From the NCBI GenBank assembly GCA_040767195.1, contig JAXGPA010000001.1, forward strand, positions 224,001-288,000: a stretch of 64,000 nucleotides of DNA, in the 5' to 3' direction. The translations under genes and the position numbers were made by a program. Below the pieces are notes generated by a model. The model had not been told where the DNA came from, searched no databases, and saw only the letters and a program-made list of their open reading frames with translations. Positions 47,425 to 58,479 of this stretch are shown piece by piece; position 1 is the first letter of the stretch, and the number at the start of each line of letters is the position of its first letter. This DNA comes from Syntrophales bacterium (GTDB lineage Bacteria; Desulfobacterota; Syntrophia; Syntrophales; UBA6807).

Positions 47425-48627
47425 ATGCCCGTATGCACCGTTGAAGAAGCCATCGACGATATACGAAATGGCCGGATGATCATTCTTGTGGATGACGAGG
47501 ACCGGGAGAACGAAGGGGACCTGTGCATGGCCGCCCAGTTCATCACCCCGGAAAGCATTAACTTCATGGCCAAGCACGGCCGCGGACTGATCTGCCTCAC
47601 CCTGGCCGACGAGATGGCGGACCGCCTGGAGCTTCCCCTCATGGTTCGCCGGAACGAGTCCCGCTTCGGAACGGCTTTCACGGTCTCCGTGGAAGCGAAA
47701 AAAGGGGTCACCACGGGCATCTCCGCCGCCGACCGGGCCACGACCATCCAGGTGGCCGTGGCTGACGGCGCCACAGCGGACGACCTGGTCAGCCCGGGAC
47801 ACGTGTTCCCCATCCGTGCCCGCAGGGGCGGCGTTCTCGTCCGGACGGGCCAGACGGAAGGGTCGGTGGACCTGGCCCGGCTGGCGGGGCTCAAGCACGC
47901 CGGGGTAATCTGCGAAATCATGAAAGACGACGGGACCATGGCCCGCATGCCCGATCTGGAAGTCTTCGCCGGGGAGCACAACCTCAAGATCTGCACCATA
48001 GCGGACATCATCCAGTTCCGCATGCGCAACGAGATGTTGGTCCGGCGGGCGGCGGAAGCGACGCTCCCCACCCGGTACGGCGGAACCTTCAGGATCATTG
48101 TCTACGAAAACGACGTAGACCGGATGAAACACGTGGCCCTGGTCAAGGGGGATATCCATCCCGACGACGAGGTTCTCGTCCGGGTTCACTCGGAGTGTCT
48201 CACCGGCGACGTTTTCGGGTCGGACCGCTGCGACTGCGGCGAACAGCTCCACACGGCCATGAAGATGGTGGACAAAGAAGGAAAGGGCGTTATCGTCTAC
48301 ATGCACCAGGAAGGGCGCGGAATCGGTCTCGCCAACAAGATAAAGGCCTACAATCTCCAGGAACATGGCCGGGACACCGTGGAAGCGAACATCGAGCTGG
48401 GATTCAAGGAGGACCTCCGGGACTATGGCATCGGCGCCCAGATCCTTGTCGACACGGGCGTCCGGAAGATGCGGCTTCTGACGAACAACCCGAAGAAAAT
48501 CGTCGGTCTCGAAGGGTACGGCGTCACCGTGGTGGACCGGGTGCCCATCGAGATCCCCCCGACCCGGGAAAGTGTGCACTACCTGACGACCAAAAAGGAA
48601 AAAATGGGGCACCTCCTGAACATTTGA
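47425..48627 (+). CDS. ribBA: bifunctional DHBP synthase / GTP cyclohydrolase II
   Basis: DDEDRENEGD, RVHSECLTGD, RCDCG, QEGRGIGL. Confidence 0.98.
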   Translation: MPVCTVEEAIDDIRNGRMIILVDDEDRENEGDLCMAAQFITPESINFMAKHGRGLICLTLADEMADRLELPLMVRRNESRFGTAFTVSVEAKKGVTTGISAADRATTIQVAVADGATADDLVSPGHVFPIRARRGGVLVRTGQTEGSVDLARLAGLKHAGVICEIMKDDGTMARMPDLEVFAGEHNLKICTIADIIQFRMRNEMLVRRAAEATLPTRYGGTFRIIVYENDVDRMKHVALVKGDIHPDDEVLVRVHSECLTGDVFGSDRCDCGEQLHTAMKMVDKEGKGVIVYMHQEGRGIGLANKIKAYNLQEHGRDTVEANIELGFKEDLRDYGIGAQILVDTGVRKMRLLTNNPKKIVGLEGYGVTVVDRVPIEIPPTRESVHYLTTKKEKMGHLLNI

Positions 48628-48707
48628 GGGCATTTCCGCCCTCCGGGACGCTTTTTCGATAAACGCCGCACGATTAGAAAGACACCGCAGGAGAAAGGAA
48701 GGGGATC

Positions 48708-49172
48708 ATGGCAAAACTGACGGAAGGGAAGATCGTCGCCAAAGGGCTCAAGTTCGGGATCGTGGCGAGCCGTTTCAACGATTTCATCTGCGGCCGGCTT
48801 GTCGAAGGCGCCCTGGACGCCCTGAAGCGGGCCGGGGCCGACGATCAGGATATCGAGATATTCAAGGTTCCCGGGGCCTTCGAAATCCCCATGGCGGCAA
48901 GGAAGATCGTCAGGAGCGGCCGTTTCGATGCCGTCATCTGTCTCGGGGCCGTTATCCGGGGATCGACCCCCCACTTCGAGTACATCAGTGCCGAAGTGAC
49001 CAAGGGGATCGCCGCCGTATCCCTGGAAACGGAGGTTCCCATAGCCTTCGGCGTACTCACGACGGACACCATCGAGCAGGCCATCGAGCGGGCGGGAACG
49101 AAGGCGGGAAACAAGGGGTGGGACGCCGCCCTGTCGGCCATTGAAATGGCCAATCTTTTCAAGCTCCTGTAA
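48708..49172 (+). CDS. ribH: lumazine synthase
   Basis: [27 protein letters not shown]. Confidence 0.98.
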   Translation: MAKLTEGKIVAKGLKFGIVASRFNDFICGRLVEGALDALKRAGADDQDIEIFKVPGAFEIPMAARKIVRSGRFDAVICLGAVIRGSTPHFEYISAEVTKGIAAVSLETEVPIAFGVLTTDTIEQAIERAGTKAGNKGWDAALSAIEMANLFKLL

Positions 49173-49186
49173 CACGCGGAGAAGCA

Positions 49187-49627
49187 ATGGGACGAAGAAG
49201 GAAGGCACGGGAAATCGCCCTTCAGGTTCTTTACCAGATCGATGTCACGGGACTTCCCCCGGGAGAGGCCATGGATCTCTTCTGGGAACACTTCGACGCC
49301 CCCGACTACGCGCGCCCTTTCTGCGCCCGGTTGATCGAGGGGACGCGGGAACACCGGGACGCCATCGACGAACGCATTCGGGGGGTTTCCTCGAACTGGT
49401 CCATGGAACGGATGGCCATCGTGGACCGGAACATCCTCAGAATGGCCGTCTTTGAACTCCTCTACTGCCGGGACATCCCGCCGAAGGTGGCCATCAACGA
49501 GGCGATCGACCTGGGAAAGGAATACGGAACGGAAAACTCCGGTTCCTTCATCAACGGTATCCTCGATGCCCTTTTCGGCAACCTGCAGGAGAACCATGGA
49601 CATCAGGATATCATCGGCGCCCGTTGA
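49187..49627 (+). CDS. nusB: transcription antitermination factor NusB
   Basis: RRRKAREIALQVLY, DRNILR, VAINEAI, FINGILD. Confidence 0.97.
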   Translation: MGRRRKAREIALQVLYQIDVTGLPPGEAMDLFWEHFDAPDYARPFCARLIEGTREHRDAIDERIRGVSSNWSMERMAIVDRNILRMAVFELLYCRDIPPKVAINEAIDLGKEYGTENSGSFINGILDALFGNLQENHGHQDIIGAR

Positions 49628-50144
49628 AGAGCTGGAACACGAGGGGCTCGCCGTTACCTTCTATTCCGACGAGAGACCCCCGAGGGGCTTCTGCGGAAAC
49701 GTGGACTGGCGGATGAACGGCCTCATCTCCCGGTACATGTCGGGCGGCGTGATCACGGGAAAATTCCTGGAACGGGTCCTTTTCACCCCCTACCGGATCG
49801 GCTGCGGAAAACTCTTCCTCTTCGGCATGGGAAACCGGGAAGACCTGACGGAGGAGCGGATGCGCTCCCTGGGACGGGACATGGGCGCCGCCCTCTCGGC
49901 CGCCGGCATCTGCCGCGTCGCCTGCCACATGACGGGAACCTTCCCCGTGCCCCTGCCCCCATCCGAAATGACCGCCTGCGCCCTGTCAGGCCTGATCGAG
50001 AGCTATGCCGGGGTCGACCGTCAAACTCCCGTGGACATCACCTGTATCGCCCACCCGGCGGATCTCCGGGATGAAATCCTGGTCGGGTTGAACCGGCTGA
50101 AAGGAGCGGCGGAGAGGGCGTCCGCCATCCGCATTCATCAGTGA
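49596..50144 (+). CDS. hypothetical protein resembling the M17 peptidase N-terminal (macro-like) domain
   Basis: ATG at 49596 after AGGAG; DERPPRG..VDWRMNGLIS, LFLFGMG. Confidence 0.7.
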   Translation: MDIRISSAPVEELEHEGLAVTFYSDERPPRGFCGNVDWRMNGLISRYMSGGVITGKFLERVLFTPYRIGCGKLFLFGMGNREDLTEERMRSLGRDMGAALSAAGICRVACHMTGTFPVPLPPSEMTACALSGLIESYAGVDRQTPVDITCIAHPADLRDEILVGLNRLKGAAERASAIRIHQ

Positions 50145-50160
50145 CGACGAGGGATCGGTC

Positions 50161-51528
50161 ATGAGAATTATCGTCATCGGCGCCGGGGAAGTGGGATACA
50201 ACATATCGGACATCCTGTCCCGGGAGGGCAACGACGTCGTCATCATCGACAGGAACGAGGAGCGCCTCAAGGAGGTGGCGGAGAACATCGATGTCCAGAC
50301 CCTCCAGGGCAGCGGCAGCAGCCCCGACATCCTGAAAAAAGCGCGCCTTGACCAGTCGGACATGATCGTCGCCGTCACGGACAGCGACGAAACGAACATC
50401 GTCGCCTGCCTTCTCGCCGCCGTCCAGTCCCGGGCGATCCTGAAAATCGCCCGTATCCGGAATCCCGATCTCAACAGAGACACGAAGATTTTCGACAGGA
50501 ACCACCTGGGCATCGATCTTTGCATCAACCCGGAGCGGGAAGCGGTGACGAGCATCATCAGCCTCATGGAATTTCCGGGCGCGTCGGAAATCATCGATTT
50601 CGCCGAGGGAAGGATCAAGCTCGCCGCCTTTTACGTCAACGGAAAGTGCGAAGCCCTGGGAAAGGAGCTCCGGGACGTGAAGAACAGCTGGGGCGCCCAG
50701 GATTTCCTGGTGGCTTCCATCACCCGGAACGGGGAACCCATCGTTCCCACGGGAAAGACGGTTCTCCAGGAAAACGATTACCTTTTCGTCCTGTCCGAAT
50801 CCCAGAACGTAAGAAATATCCTGCGTTTTTTCGGTAAGGACATGGCCCCGCCCCAGAGAGTTTTCATCATGGGCGGGGGCAACACGGCTCTCATGCTGTC
50901 GGAAGCCCTTGAAAAAAAGGGACTTCTTCTCAAAATCGTGGAAAAGCGGCAGGACCGCTGCGACTATCTCGCCTCGGTCCTGGACAAGGCGGTGATCCTT
51001 CACGGCGACGGCACGAGCCAGGACCTCCTGAAGGAGGAAAACATCCAGGACGCCGACTATTTCATCGCCGTGACCAATGACGAGGAGGCCAACATCCTGG
51101 GAGCCCTCCTGGCCAAGCAGCTGGGCGCCCGGAAAGCCATCGCTCTCATCAACCGGGTCGATTACACCCACCTGGTGCCCTTCGTGGGCATTGACGCCGT
51201 CATGAACCCCCGGCAGGCCACGATCAGCAAGATCCTGCACTTCATCCGGAAGGGAAAGATCATTTCGGCCACCCCGCTGCGGGACGAAAAAGCGGAAGCG
51301 GTGGAATTCATCGCCCTCGAGACGTCGGAAATCACCAAAAAACCCCTCAAGAACATCAAGTTTCCCAAGGGGGCCATCGTCGGCGCCATCCTGCGGAACG
51401 ACAAAGTCAGGATTCCCTGGGGGGATTCGGTCATCGAGCCCGGCGACCGGGTCATTCTCTTCACCCTTCGGTCCGTCATCCCCCAGATGGAAAAGTTTTT
51501 GACCGTCAAGCTCGATTACTTCGCATGA
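50161..51528 (+). CDS. trkA: Trk K+ uptake NAD-binding subunit
   Basis: IIVIGAGEVG, AVTDSDETN, IMGGGNT, AVTNDEEAN. Confidence 0.96.
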   Translation: MRIIVIGAGEVGYNISDILSREGNDVVIIDRNEERLKEVAENIDVQTLQGSGSSPDILKKARLDQSDMIVAVTDSDETNIVACLLAAVQSRAILKIARIRNPDLNRDTKIFDRNHLGIDLCINPEREAVTSIISLMEFPGASEIIDFAEGRIKLAAFYVNGKCEALGKELRDVKNSWGAQDFLVASITRNGEPIVPTGKTVLQENDYLFVLSESQNVRNILRFFGKDMAPPQRVFIMGGGNTALMLSEALEKKGLLLKIVEKRQDRCDYLASVLDKAVILHGDGTSQDLLKEENIQDADYFIAVTNDEEANILGALLAKQLGARKAIALINRVDYTHLVPFVGIDAVMNPRQATISKILHFIRKGKIISATPLRDEKAEAVEFIALETSEITKKPLKNIKFPKGAIVGAILRNDKVRIPWGDSVIEPGDRVILFTLRSVIPQMEKFLTVKLDYFA

Positions 51529-52973
51529 AGCCAGCCAAGATCCTCTTCATCCTCGGGGCTTTCCTTTTCTTCCTGGGACTCATGATGCTCCTGCCCCTCG
51601 CCTGGTCTCTCGCTTACGGGGACCCGGACGTGGAGGCTTTCGCCGTTTCCATGTTCATCACCTGTTCTTCCGGCGGGTTTCTCTATTTCATCAGCCGTTC
51701 CCCGGGAGAAACCACGCTGAACCATCGGGAAGGCTTTTTCATCGTGGCGGCGGGATGGCTTCTCGCCGGAATTGTCGGCAGCCTCCCCTACCTCATTCAC
51801 GGGGTCATTCCGGGATTCACCGACGCCTTCTTCGAGTCCGTCTCGGGATTCACCACCACCGGCGCCACCATTCTCACGGGCATCGACGGCCTCCCCCACG
51901 GGATTCTTCTGTGGCGTTCCATGACCCAGTGGCTCGGCGGAATGGGCATCATCATTCTTTCCATCGCCATTCTTCCTCTTCTCGGTGTCGGCGGCATGCA
52001 GCTCTACAAGGCGGAAATGCCGAGCCCCGTCAAGGACAAGCTCACCCCGCGGATCACCGAAACGGCCCGGACCCTCTGGAGCGTCTATGTCATTCTGTCC
52101 ACGGCCGAATTCGTTCTTCTTCTCTTCGGGGGTCTCGATCCCTTCGAAGCCCTCTGTCACACCTTCTGCACCATGGCCACCGGCGGCTTCTCCACCCACG
52201 ACGCCAGCATAGCCTACTTCCACAGCCCCTATGTGGACGGCGTCATCACCCTTTTCATGATCATCGCCGGGGTCAATTTCACCCTTCACCACGCCCTCCT
52301 GCTCGGGGATTTCCGTTCCGTTTTCAAAAACGGCGAGCTTCGATTCTATCTGGTCCTTCTTCTCGCGGGAACGCTTCTGGTGACCTTCGACCTCTGGAAG
52401 GCGGTCTTCGACGGCCTCGTGGAAAGCTTCCGTTACGCCCTCTTCCAGGTGGTTTCCATCATGACGACCACGGGATTCGTCACGGACAATTACGCGAACT
52501 GGCCCGGCCTTTCCCGGTTCATCCTCATCCTGCTCATGTTCGTCGGCGGTTCGGCGGGATCCACGGGGGGAAGCATCAAGTGCCTCCGGATTCTTCTCAT
52601 ATTCAAGCACAGTTCCATGGAACTCTACCGCCTCGTTCATCCCCACGCCGTCTCCGCCGTCAAGCTCGGAAAGCGGATCGTCTACCCCGAGACCATGGCC
52701 AGCATCTGGGGTTTCTTCATTCTCTATCTTTCCATGACCGTCACCGCCACGATCCTCCTTCTCCTTTTCGGGCTGGACCCCCTGACGGCCTTTTCCTCCG
52801 TCGCCGCCACCATGGGTAACGTGGGACCCGGTTTCGGTCTCGTCAACCCGTCGTCCACCTACGCGGACCTTCCCGGTCCCGTCAAGGGGATCCTGTCTTT
52901 CTGCATGATCGCCGGAAGGCTCGAAATATACACGATTCTCGTTCTTCTCACCCCCGAATTCTGGAAAAAATAG
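51525..52973 (+). CDS. trkH: Trk K+ uptake permease
   Basis: FESVSGFTTTG, QWLGGMG, ATGGFS, TTTGF, GSTGGSIK, GRLE. Confidence 0.96.
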   Translation: MKPAKILFILGAFLFFLGLMMLLPLAWSLAYGDPDVEAFAVSMFITCSSGGFLYFISRSPGETTLNHREGFFIVAAGWLLAGIVGSLPYLIHGVIPGFTDAFFESVSGFTTTGATILTGIDGLPHGILLWRSMTQWLGGMGIIILSIAILPLLGVGGMQLYKAEMPSPVKDKLTPRITETARTLWSVYVILSTAEFVLLLFGGLDPFEALCHTFCTMATGGFSTHDASIAYFHSPYVDGVITLFMIIAGVNFTLHHALLLGDFRSVFKNGELRFYLVLLLAGTLLVTFDLWKAVFDGLVESFRYALFQVVSIMTTTGFVTDNYANWPGLSRFILILLMFVGGSAGSTGGSIKCLRILLIFKHSSMELYRLVHPHAVSAVKLGKRIVYPETMASIWGFFILYLSMTVTATILLLLFGLDPLTAFSSVAATMGNVGPGFGLVNPSSTYADLPGPVKGILSFCMIAGRLEIYTILVLLTPEFWKK

Positions 52974-53135
52974 GATTGAAAGAAGGGGGATTAAATGATA
53001 ATCCCAAGCGGTGGGAGAAAAGACCCCGGGACAGCGGTCTAAACGCCCGGAAACCCAGACCGAGCCGCCCCTTCCTGAAAAAATTGCCCGACGGCTCCGT
53101 GAAAAAAAGCCAGAGTGAAAAAGAGGGAAACCGCC

Positions 53136-55721
53136 ATGGAGAGGAAATACACGCCCCACGCCATCGAGGAAAACTGGCAGAAAACATGGGAGGATCGGAA
53201 AACATTCAAAGTCAGTGAAGATCCGGGGAAGAAAAAGTATTACCTCCTGGAAATGTTCCCATACCCGTCGGGAAAAATCCACATGGGCCATGTCCGGAAC
53301 TACACCATCGGGGACGTGGTGGCCCGATACAAGAAAATGCGGGGGTTCAACGTCCTTCATCCCATGGGGTGGGACGCCTTCGGCATGCCCGCTGAAAACG
53401 CCGCCATTGAGCGGGGCATTCATCCCGCCACGTGGACCAGCGACAACATCGAGGCCATGAAGAAACAGCTGAAACGGATGGGTTTCAGCTACGACTGGGA
53501 CAGGGAACTGGCCACCTGCGACCCCGGCTATTACCGGTGGGAGCAGCTTTTCTTCCTGTGGATGTTCGAGAAGGGGCTCGCCTACAAGAGGGCATCCGTC
53601 GTCAACTGGTGTTCCCAGTGCAAGACCGTCCTGGCCAACGAGCAGGTGGAAAGCGGCGCCTGCTGGCGCTGCGGGACGGAGGTTATCCAGGAACACCTGG
53701 AGCAGTGGTTCTTCCGGATCACCGCCTACGTGGACGAACTTCTCGAATACTGCGATCGGCTGCCCGGCTGGCCCGAACGGGTCCTCACCATGCAGAGGAA
53801 CTGGATCGGCAAAAGCCTCGGCTGTGAAATCGACTTCCCCATGGCGGACGGCCCGGATAAAGCCATCAAGGTCTTTACCACCCGGCAGGACACGATTTTC
53901 GGGGCCACCTTCATGCTCGTCGCGGCAGAACATCCCCTGGTCATGGAACTCGCCCGGGGGAAAGGGGTGGAGCGGGAGGTCCGCGAGTTCGTGGACCGGG
54001 TGAACCGCCAGGACAGGCTCATGCGGACCTCCGATTATTACGAAAAGGAAGGGGTCTTTCTCGACGCCTGGTGCCTCAACCCCGTGACGGGCTGGAAAAT
54101 GCCCATTTACGCGGCCAATTTCGTCCTCGCCGAGTACGGGACGGGCTGCGTCATGGCCGTGCCTACCCATGACCAGAGGGATTTCGAGTTTGCCAGGAAA
54201 TACGGCCTGGATCTCGTCGTGGTCATCGATAACCCCGAGAACCCCCTCGACGCCGGCACCATGACGGAAGCCTACGTGGACGAAGGCATCCTCGTGAATT
54301 CCGGTCCTTTCGACGGCCTTCCGAACATGGAGGCCCTCGACGTGATCGCCGACCATCTCGAATCCCTGGGCCGGGGACGCCGGACCGTTCAGTACCGGCT
54401 CCGGGACTGGGGCATTTCAAGGCAGCGGTACTGGGGCGCCCCCATTCCCGTTGTCTATTGTGAAAAGTGCGGCACCGTCCCCGTTCCCGAGTCGGACCTG
54501 CCCGTTCTTCTGCCCATGGAGGTGGAACTCACCGGCGAGGGCGGCTCCCCGCTGGCCCGGAACGAGGCCTTCGTGAAGGCCGCCTGCCCCGGCTGTGGCG
54601 GCCCCGCCAGGCGGGAAACGGACACCATGGACACCTTCGTCGAGTCCTCCTGGTACTTCGACCGCTTCTGCTGCGCCGACTTCGACGAAAAGCCCGGGCT
54701 CGACAGGGAAAAGGTTTCTTACTGGATGCCCGTGGACCAGTACATCGGCGGCATCGAACATGCCATCCTTCATCTCCTCTATTCCCGGTTTTACACGAAA
54801 ATGCTCCGGGACTTCGGTGTCCTCGACTTCGACGAGCCCTTTCTGAACCTTCTCACCCAGGGCATGGTGTGCAAGGAAACCATGCGTTGCAAAAAGCACG
54901 GCTATCTTTACCCGGACCAGGTGAAAAACGACCGGTGCACCCTCTGCGACGGCCCCGTTCAGATCGGGAAAACGGAAAAAATGTCCAAATCCCTGAAGAA
55001 CGTCGTCGATCCCGATTATCTGATCGGGGAATACGGTGCCGACACGGCCCGTCTTTTCTGCCTCTTTGCCTCTCCCCCGGAGAAGGACCTGGAATGGAGT
55101 GACCAGGGCGTGGAAGGGGCCTTTCGTTTTCTGGGAAGAGTCTGGCGGCTGGTCATGGATTATGTCGATGAGATCCGGGAGCTGCCTCCTTCGACGGCGT
55201 GGGGCGATCTCCCCGAGGATCTGAAAAGCCTTCGAAGAAAAACACACCAGACGATCCGGAAAGTCACGGAGGACATCGAGCAGCGATTCCACTTCAATAC
55301 GGCCATCAGCGCTGTCATGGAACTCGTGAACGCCCTTTACCAGTTCCCCCGCCCTTCCAACGACGACACCCGGGCCCTGGCCCTCGTCGGGGAAGCTGTC
55401 CGCACGGTGATCATCCTTCTGAATCCCTTCGTTCCCCACATGACGGAAGAGCTGTGGCGGATTCTCGGCGGCACCGCGGCGCTTTCCGAATCCCCCTGGC
55501 CTTCCTTCGATGCCGACGCCGCCCAGGACGAGGAAATCACCATCGTCATTCAGATCAATGGAAAACTCCGAAGCCGGCTCGTGGTTCCCGCCGACGAAAG
55601 GGATGAGGCCATCAAGGAACGGGCCCTTCAGGACGAAGCGGCGAAAAGGTTCATCGAGGGAAAAACGGTGCGGAAAGTGATTTACGTTCCCAAGAAGCTG
55701 GTCAACATCGTCGTAGCGTGA
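53136..55721 (+). CDS. leuS: leucine--tRNA ligase
   Basis: [30 protein letters not shown]. Confidence 0.99.
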   Translation: MERKYTPHAIEENWQKTWEDRKTFKVSEDPGKKKYYLLEMFPYPSGKIHMGHVRNYTIGDVVARYKKMRGFNVLHPMGWDAFGMPAENAAIERGIHPATWTSDNIEAMKKQLKRMGFSYDWDRELATCDPGYYRWEQLFFLWMFEKGLAYKRASVVNWCSQCKTVLANEQVESGACWRCGTEVIQEHLEQWFFRITAYVDELLEYCDRLPGWPERVLTMQRNWIGKSLGCEIDFPMADGPDKAIKVFTTRQDTIFGATFMLVAAEHPLVMELARGKGVEREVREFVDRVNRQDRLMRTSDYYEKEGVFLDAWCLNPVTGWKMPIYAANFVLAEYGTGCVMAVPTHDQRDFEFARKYGLDLVVVIDNPENPLDAGTMTEAYVDEGILVNSGPFDGLPNMEALDVIADHLESLGRGRRTVQYRLRDWGISRQRYWGAPIPVVYCEKCGTVPVPESDLPVLLPMEVELTGEGGSPLARNEAFVKAACPGCGGPARRETDTMDTFVESSWYFDRFCCADFDEKPGLDREKVSYWMPVDQYIGGIEHAILHLLYSRFYTKMLRDFGVLDFDEPFLNLLTQGMVCKETMRCKKHGYLYPDQVKNDRCTLCDGPVQIGKTEKMSKSLKNVVDPDYLIGEYGADTARLFCLFASPPEKDLEWSDQGVEGAFRFLGRVWRLVMDYVDEIRELPPSTAWGDLPEDLKSLRRKTHQTIRKVTEDIEQRFHFNTAISAVMELVNALYQFPRPSNDDTRALALVGEAVRTVIILLNPFVPHMTEELWRILGGTAALSESPWPSFDADAAQDEEITIVIQINGKLRSRLVVPADERDEAIKERALQDEAAKRFIEGKTVRKVIYVPKKLVNIVVA

Positions 55722-55795
55722 TGGTTCCCGCCGCCAGGCTCCTTCCGTTGAAAGGTCCCCGTCGTGGCGCCCGCCCCGGGACGTTCCGTAAAGCC

Positions 55796-56338
55796 ATGAA
55801 GAAAAAGGCCGAAAAAGCGCTCATACGCACGGCCGCTTTTTTTTTCATCCTGTGCCTGTCCGTTTCCGGAGGCTGCGGATACCGTTTCGCTCCCGAAGAA
55901 ACCGGGATCGACCCATCCTTCAGGTCCGTTTTCGTTTCACCCTTTCCCAATCGAACGGACGAGCCCGCCCTGGGAAACATCCTTCGGGAGGCCATGATCC
56001 TCGAGTTGCGCAGGGGAAACCGTTTTCAGCTTGCCGCCGGGAGGACGGAAGCGGACCTGCTGCTGCGGTGTCGCATCAGGTCGTACGAAACCTATCCCGT
56101 TTCTTACGGTGAAGGGAACTTTGCCCGGGAAAACCGCATCAGGCTGTCGGTGGATCTGGTCCTCGAAAAACGCCGGGACGGCGCCGTCCTGTGGTCCGGA
56201 GAAAACCAGTCGGGAACGGAAACCTATGTTGTCAACCGCGACACCCGCCGGACGGAACAAAACCGCCGGGCGGCCCTGAAGGAACTGGCCGAAAACCTGG
56301 CGGAACGGGCCTGCCGGCTGATGGCCTCAGGATTCTGA
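55796..56338 (+). CDS. lptE: LptE-family LPS-assembly lipoprotein
   Basis: Lipobox SGGC-GY, FPNRT; follows leuS. Confidence 0.8.
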   Translation: MKKKAEKALIRTAAFFFILCLSVSGGCGYRFAPEETGIDPSFRSVFVSPFPNRTDEPALGNILREAMILELRRGNRFQLAAGRTEADLLLRCRIRSYETYPVSYGEGNFARENRIRLSVDLVLEKRRDGAVLWSGENQSGTETYVVNRDTRRTEQNRRAALKELAENLAERACRLMASGF

Positions 56339-56605
56339 GGTTTCGGTGAGGGCGTTCACGCGCCGCGTCAGGCGGGAAATCTTTCGAGCGGCGTTATTTT
56401 TGTGAAGAACGCCTTTCGACGAGGCTTTGCCGATAAGTGAAATCGCCGTCTTGAGGGACGCAACGGACTCGGAACGGTCTTTATCCTCGACGGCCTTGAG
56501 AACGGCCTTGACCCGCGTTTTAACCTGAGACTTCACCGAGGCGTTGCGGGCCCGTTTCTTTTCCGACTGGCGATTCCGTTTGATCGCTGATTTGTGGTTA
56601 GCCAA
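56327..56605 (-). CDS. rpsT: 30S ribosomal protein S20
   Basis: ANHKSAIKR, KGVLHKNNAARKISRL; TTG start at 56605 fits the GAAGGAGG spacing. Confidence 0.97.
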   Translation of the reverse strand: MANHKSAIKRNRQSEKKRARNASVKSQVKTRVKAVLKAVEDKDRSESVASLKTAISLIGKASSKGVLHKNNAARKISRLTRRVNALTETSES

Positions 56606-56828
56606 GAACATCCTCCTTCATTCGTCGTCATCCGGAATTTCATGAGAGCGAAAACATCTATATCACTTTCCCGGTCCTGTCAAGATTAAAACGGATGGAA
56701 ACAAGGGCAGGCAAACGCCCGGCAGGAAAAAAATCCCGAAGGCACGTTGCAATTCCACCGATTCAATCGTATAAGGGGGCCATGGTTCGGAATATCACAG
56801 AAGCCCTGCTTCGTAACGGGAGAATCCC

Positions 56829-57668
56829 ATGATCGTCCGCTGCTGGGGAGCCCGCGGTTCCATCCCCGTATCGGGAAGCGCCTATCTCCGGTATGGCGGG
56901 GACACGACGGCCCTGGAAATCCGAAGCCGGGACAACGACATCATCCTCGTCGACGCCGGCTCGGGCCTGCGCCGCCTCGGGAATCAGCTCATGACGGAGA
57001 CGTCTTCCCGTTATGTCATGATTTTCACCCATGCCCACTGGGATCATCTCATGGGGTTTCCTTTCTTCAAGCCCCTTTACCTGTCCCGGACGGAGGTCGA
57101 CGTTTACGGCTGCTCCTACACCGGCGATTCCCTTGGCCGGATGATCTCACGGGTCATGGAGGCCCCCTATTTCCCCGTAGCGTTCCGTGACATCAAGGGG
57201 CGGATCGCCTTTCACGAGATCTGCCGTCATCCCTTCTCCATCGGACCGGTCACGGTCACCCCAATCCCCCTCAGCCACCCGAACCAGGGACTGGGTTTCC
57301 GTTTCGAGGAAGGGGGCAGGCGATTCGTTTTCCTGACGGACAATGAACTTTCCCACAGTCACCCGGGAGCCCTTTCCTTCGAGGCCTACAGGGACTTCTC
57401 ACGGGGGGCGGACCTTCTCATCCACGACGCCGAGTTCACCGAAGAGGAATATGAGAAAACGAGGACCTGGGGACACTCCACGTACCAAGACGCCCTTCGC
57501 CTCGCCCTGGCCGCCGGCGTCAGGAACCTCGGGCTCTTCCACCACAATCAGGACAGAACGGACAACGCCCTGGACGGAATCATCACGAACTGCCGGAGGA
57601 TCATCGAGGAAAAGAACGGGGCACTGGACTGTTTCGCCCTCTCCCAGACAACGGAGATCCATCTTTGA
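56829..57668 (+). CDS. MBL-fold metallo-hydrolase (RNase Z/PhnP-like)
   Basis: WGARGSIP, YGGDT, DAGSG, THAHWDH, TDNE, HDA, WGHS, FHH. Confidence 0.9.
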   Translation: MIVRCWGARGSIPVSGSAYLRYGGDTTALEIRSRDNDIILVDAGSGLRRLGNQLMTETSSRYVMIFTHAHWDHLMGFPFFKPLYLSRTEVDVYGCSYTGDSLGRMISRVMEAPYFPVAFRDIKGRIAFHEICRHPFSIGPVTVTPIPLSHPNQGLGFRFEEGGRRFVFLTDNELSHSHPGALSFEAYRDFSRGADLLIHDAEFTEEEYEKTRTWGHSTYQDALRLALAAGVRNLGLFHHNQDRTDNALDGIITNCRRIIEEKNGALDCFALSQTTEIHL

Positions 57669-58441
57669 GCGTTTTTTTACGAATCGTTCCTCCCTTCGTC
57701 CTGGCCTTCCTGTTCCTTTTTCCCCTGTCCCGGGACGGGGCGGAGAATGCAGCTTTTCCCTCACCTCGGGGCGCGGTCAACGATTTTGCCGGAATTATCC
57801 CCGCTCCCTACCGGGAGGCCATGGAGCGGCTGGCCGGGGAACTGCTTTCAAAAACGGGAGCCGCCGTTGTGGTCGCCACGGTTCCCTCCACGAAAGGGGA
57901 AAATCCCGACGAATACGCCAACAAGCTCTATGAAGCCTGGGGCATCGGCAGAAAAGGAGACGACCGGGGCGTCCTCGTTTTCCTGGCCCTGGAAGAAAGA
58001 AGAATACGGATCGAGACGGGTTACGGCCTGGAAGGTCTCCTCCCGGACGGTCTCGTGGGCTCCCTGATCGACACGGCGATTCTCCCCGACCTGAAAAAAG
58101 GCGCCTATGGTCCGGGGCTTTTCAAGGGCATGGAAGCCCTAGCGGACGTCATCGCCCGCGACGCCGGGATCTCCCTGTCATCGGAACCGCCGCCGGCGGC
58201 CGTCCCATCCCCCCGGACGGGGGAAAGAGGAGACGGCCTCTCTCCTTTCCTCCTGCTTTTTCTTTTCTTTCTCCTTCTCGGAACGAGGCGGGGAAGAGGC
58301 ATGCTCCCCTACATTCTTCTTTTCACTTTGGGTGGTGGTGGCCGGGGACCCGCTTCCGGCGGGTTCGGCGGGTTCGGCGGCGGGTTCGGCGGGTTCGGCG
58401 GCGGCCTGAGCGGGGGCGGGGGCGCCGGCAGGAGTTTCTGA
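57665..58441 (+). CDS. TPM-domain membrane protein (YgcG-like) with Gly-rich tail
   Basis: VNDFAG, WGIG..DDRGVL, RIETGYGLEG, GGGFGGFGGGLSGGGGA. Confidence 0.92.
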   Translation: MSVFLRIVPPFVLAFLFLFPLSRDGAENAAFPSPRGAVNDFAGIIPAPYREAMERLAGELLSKTGAAVVVATVPSTKGENPDEYANKLYEAWGIGRKGDDRGVLVFLALEERRIRIETGYGLEGLLPDGLVGSLIDTAILPDLKKGAYGPGLFKGMEALADVIARDAGISLSSEPPPAAVPSPRTGERGDGLSPFLLLFLFFLLLGTRRGRGMLPYILLFTLGGGGRGPASGGFGGFGGGFGGFGGGLSGGGGAGRSF

Positions 58442-58479
58442 CCCCGAAACACCGCTGATCCTCGGAGGATGACGGAATA

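Noticed and set aside
58358..58405. GGCGGGTTC tandem repeats
   Set aside because: They encode the usual GGF-rich tail of TPM proteins; not an array or a mobile repeat
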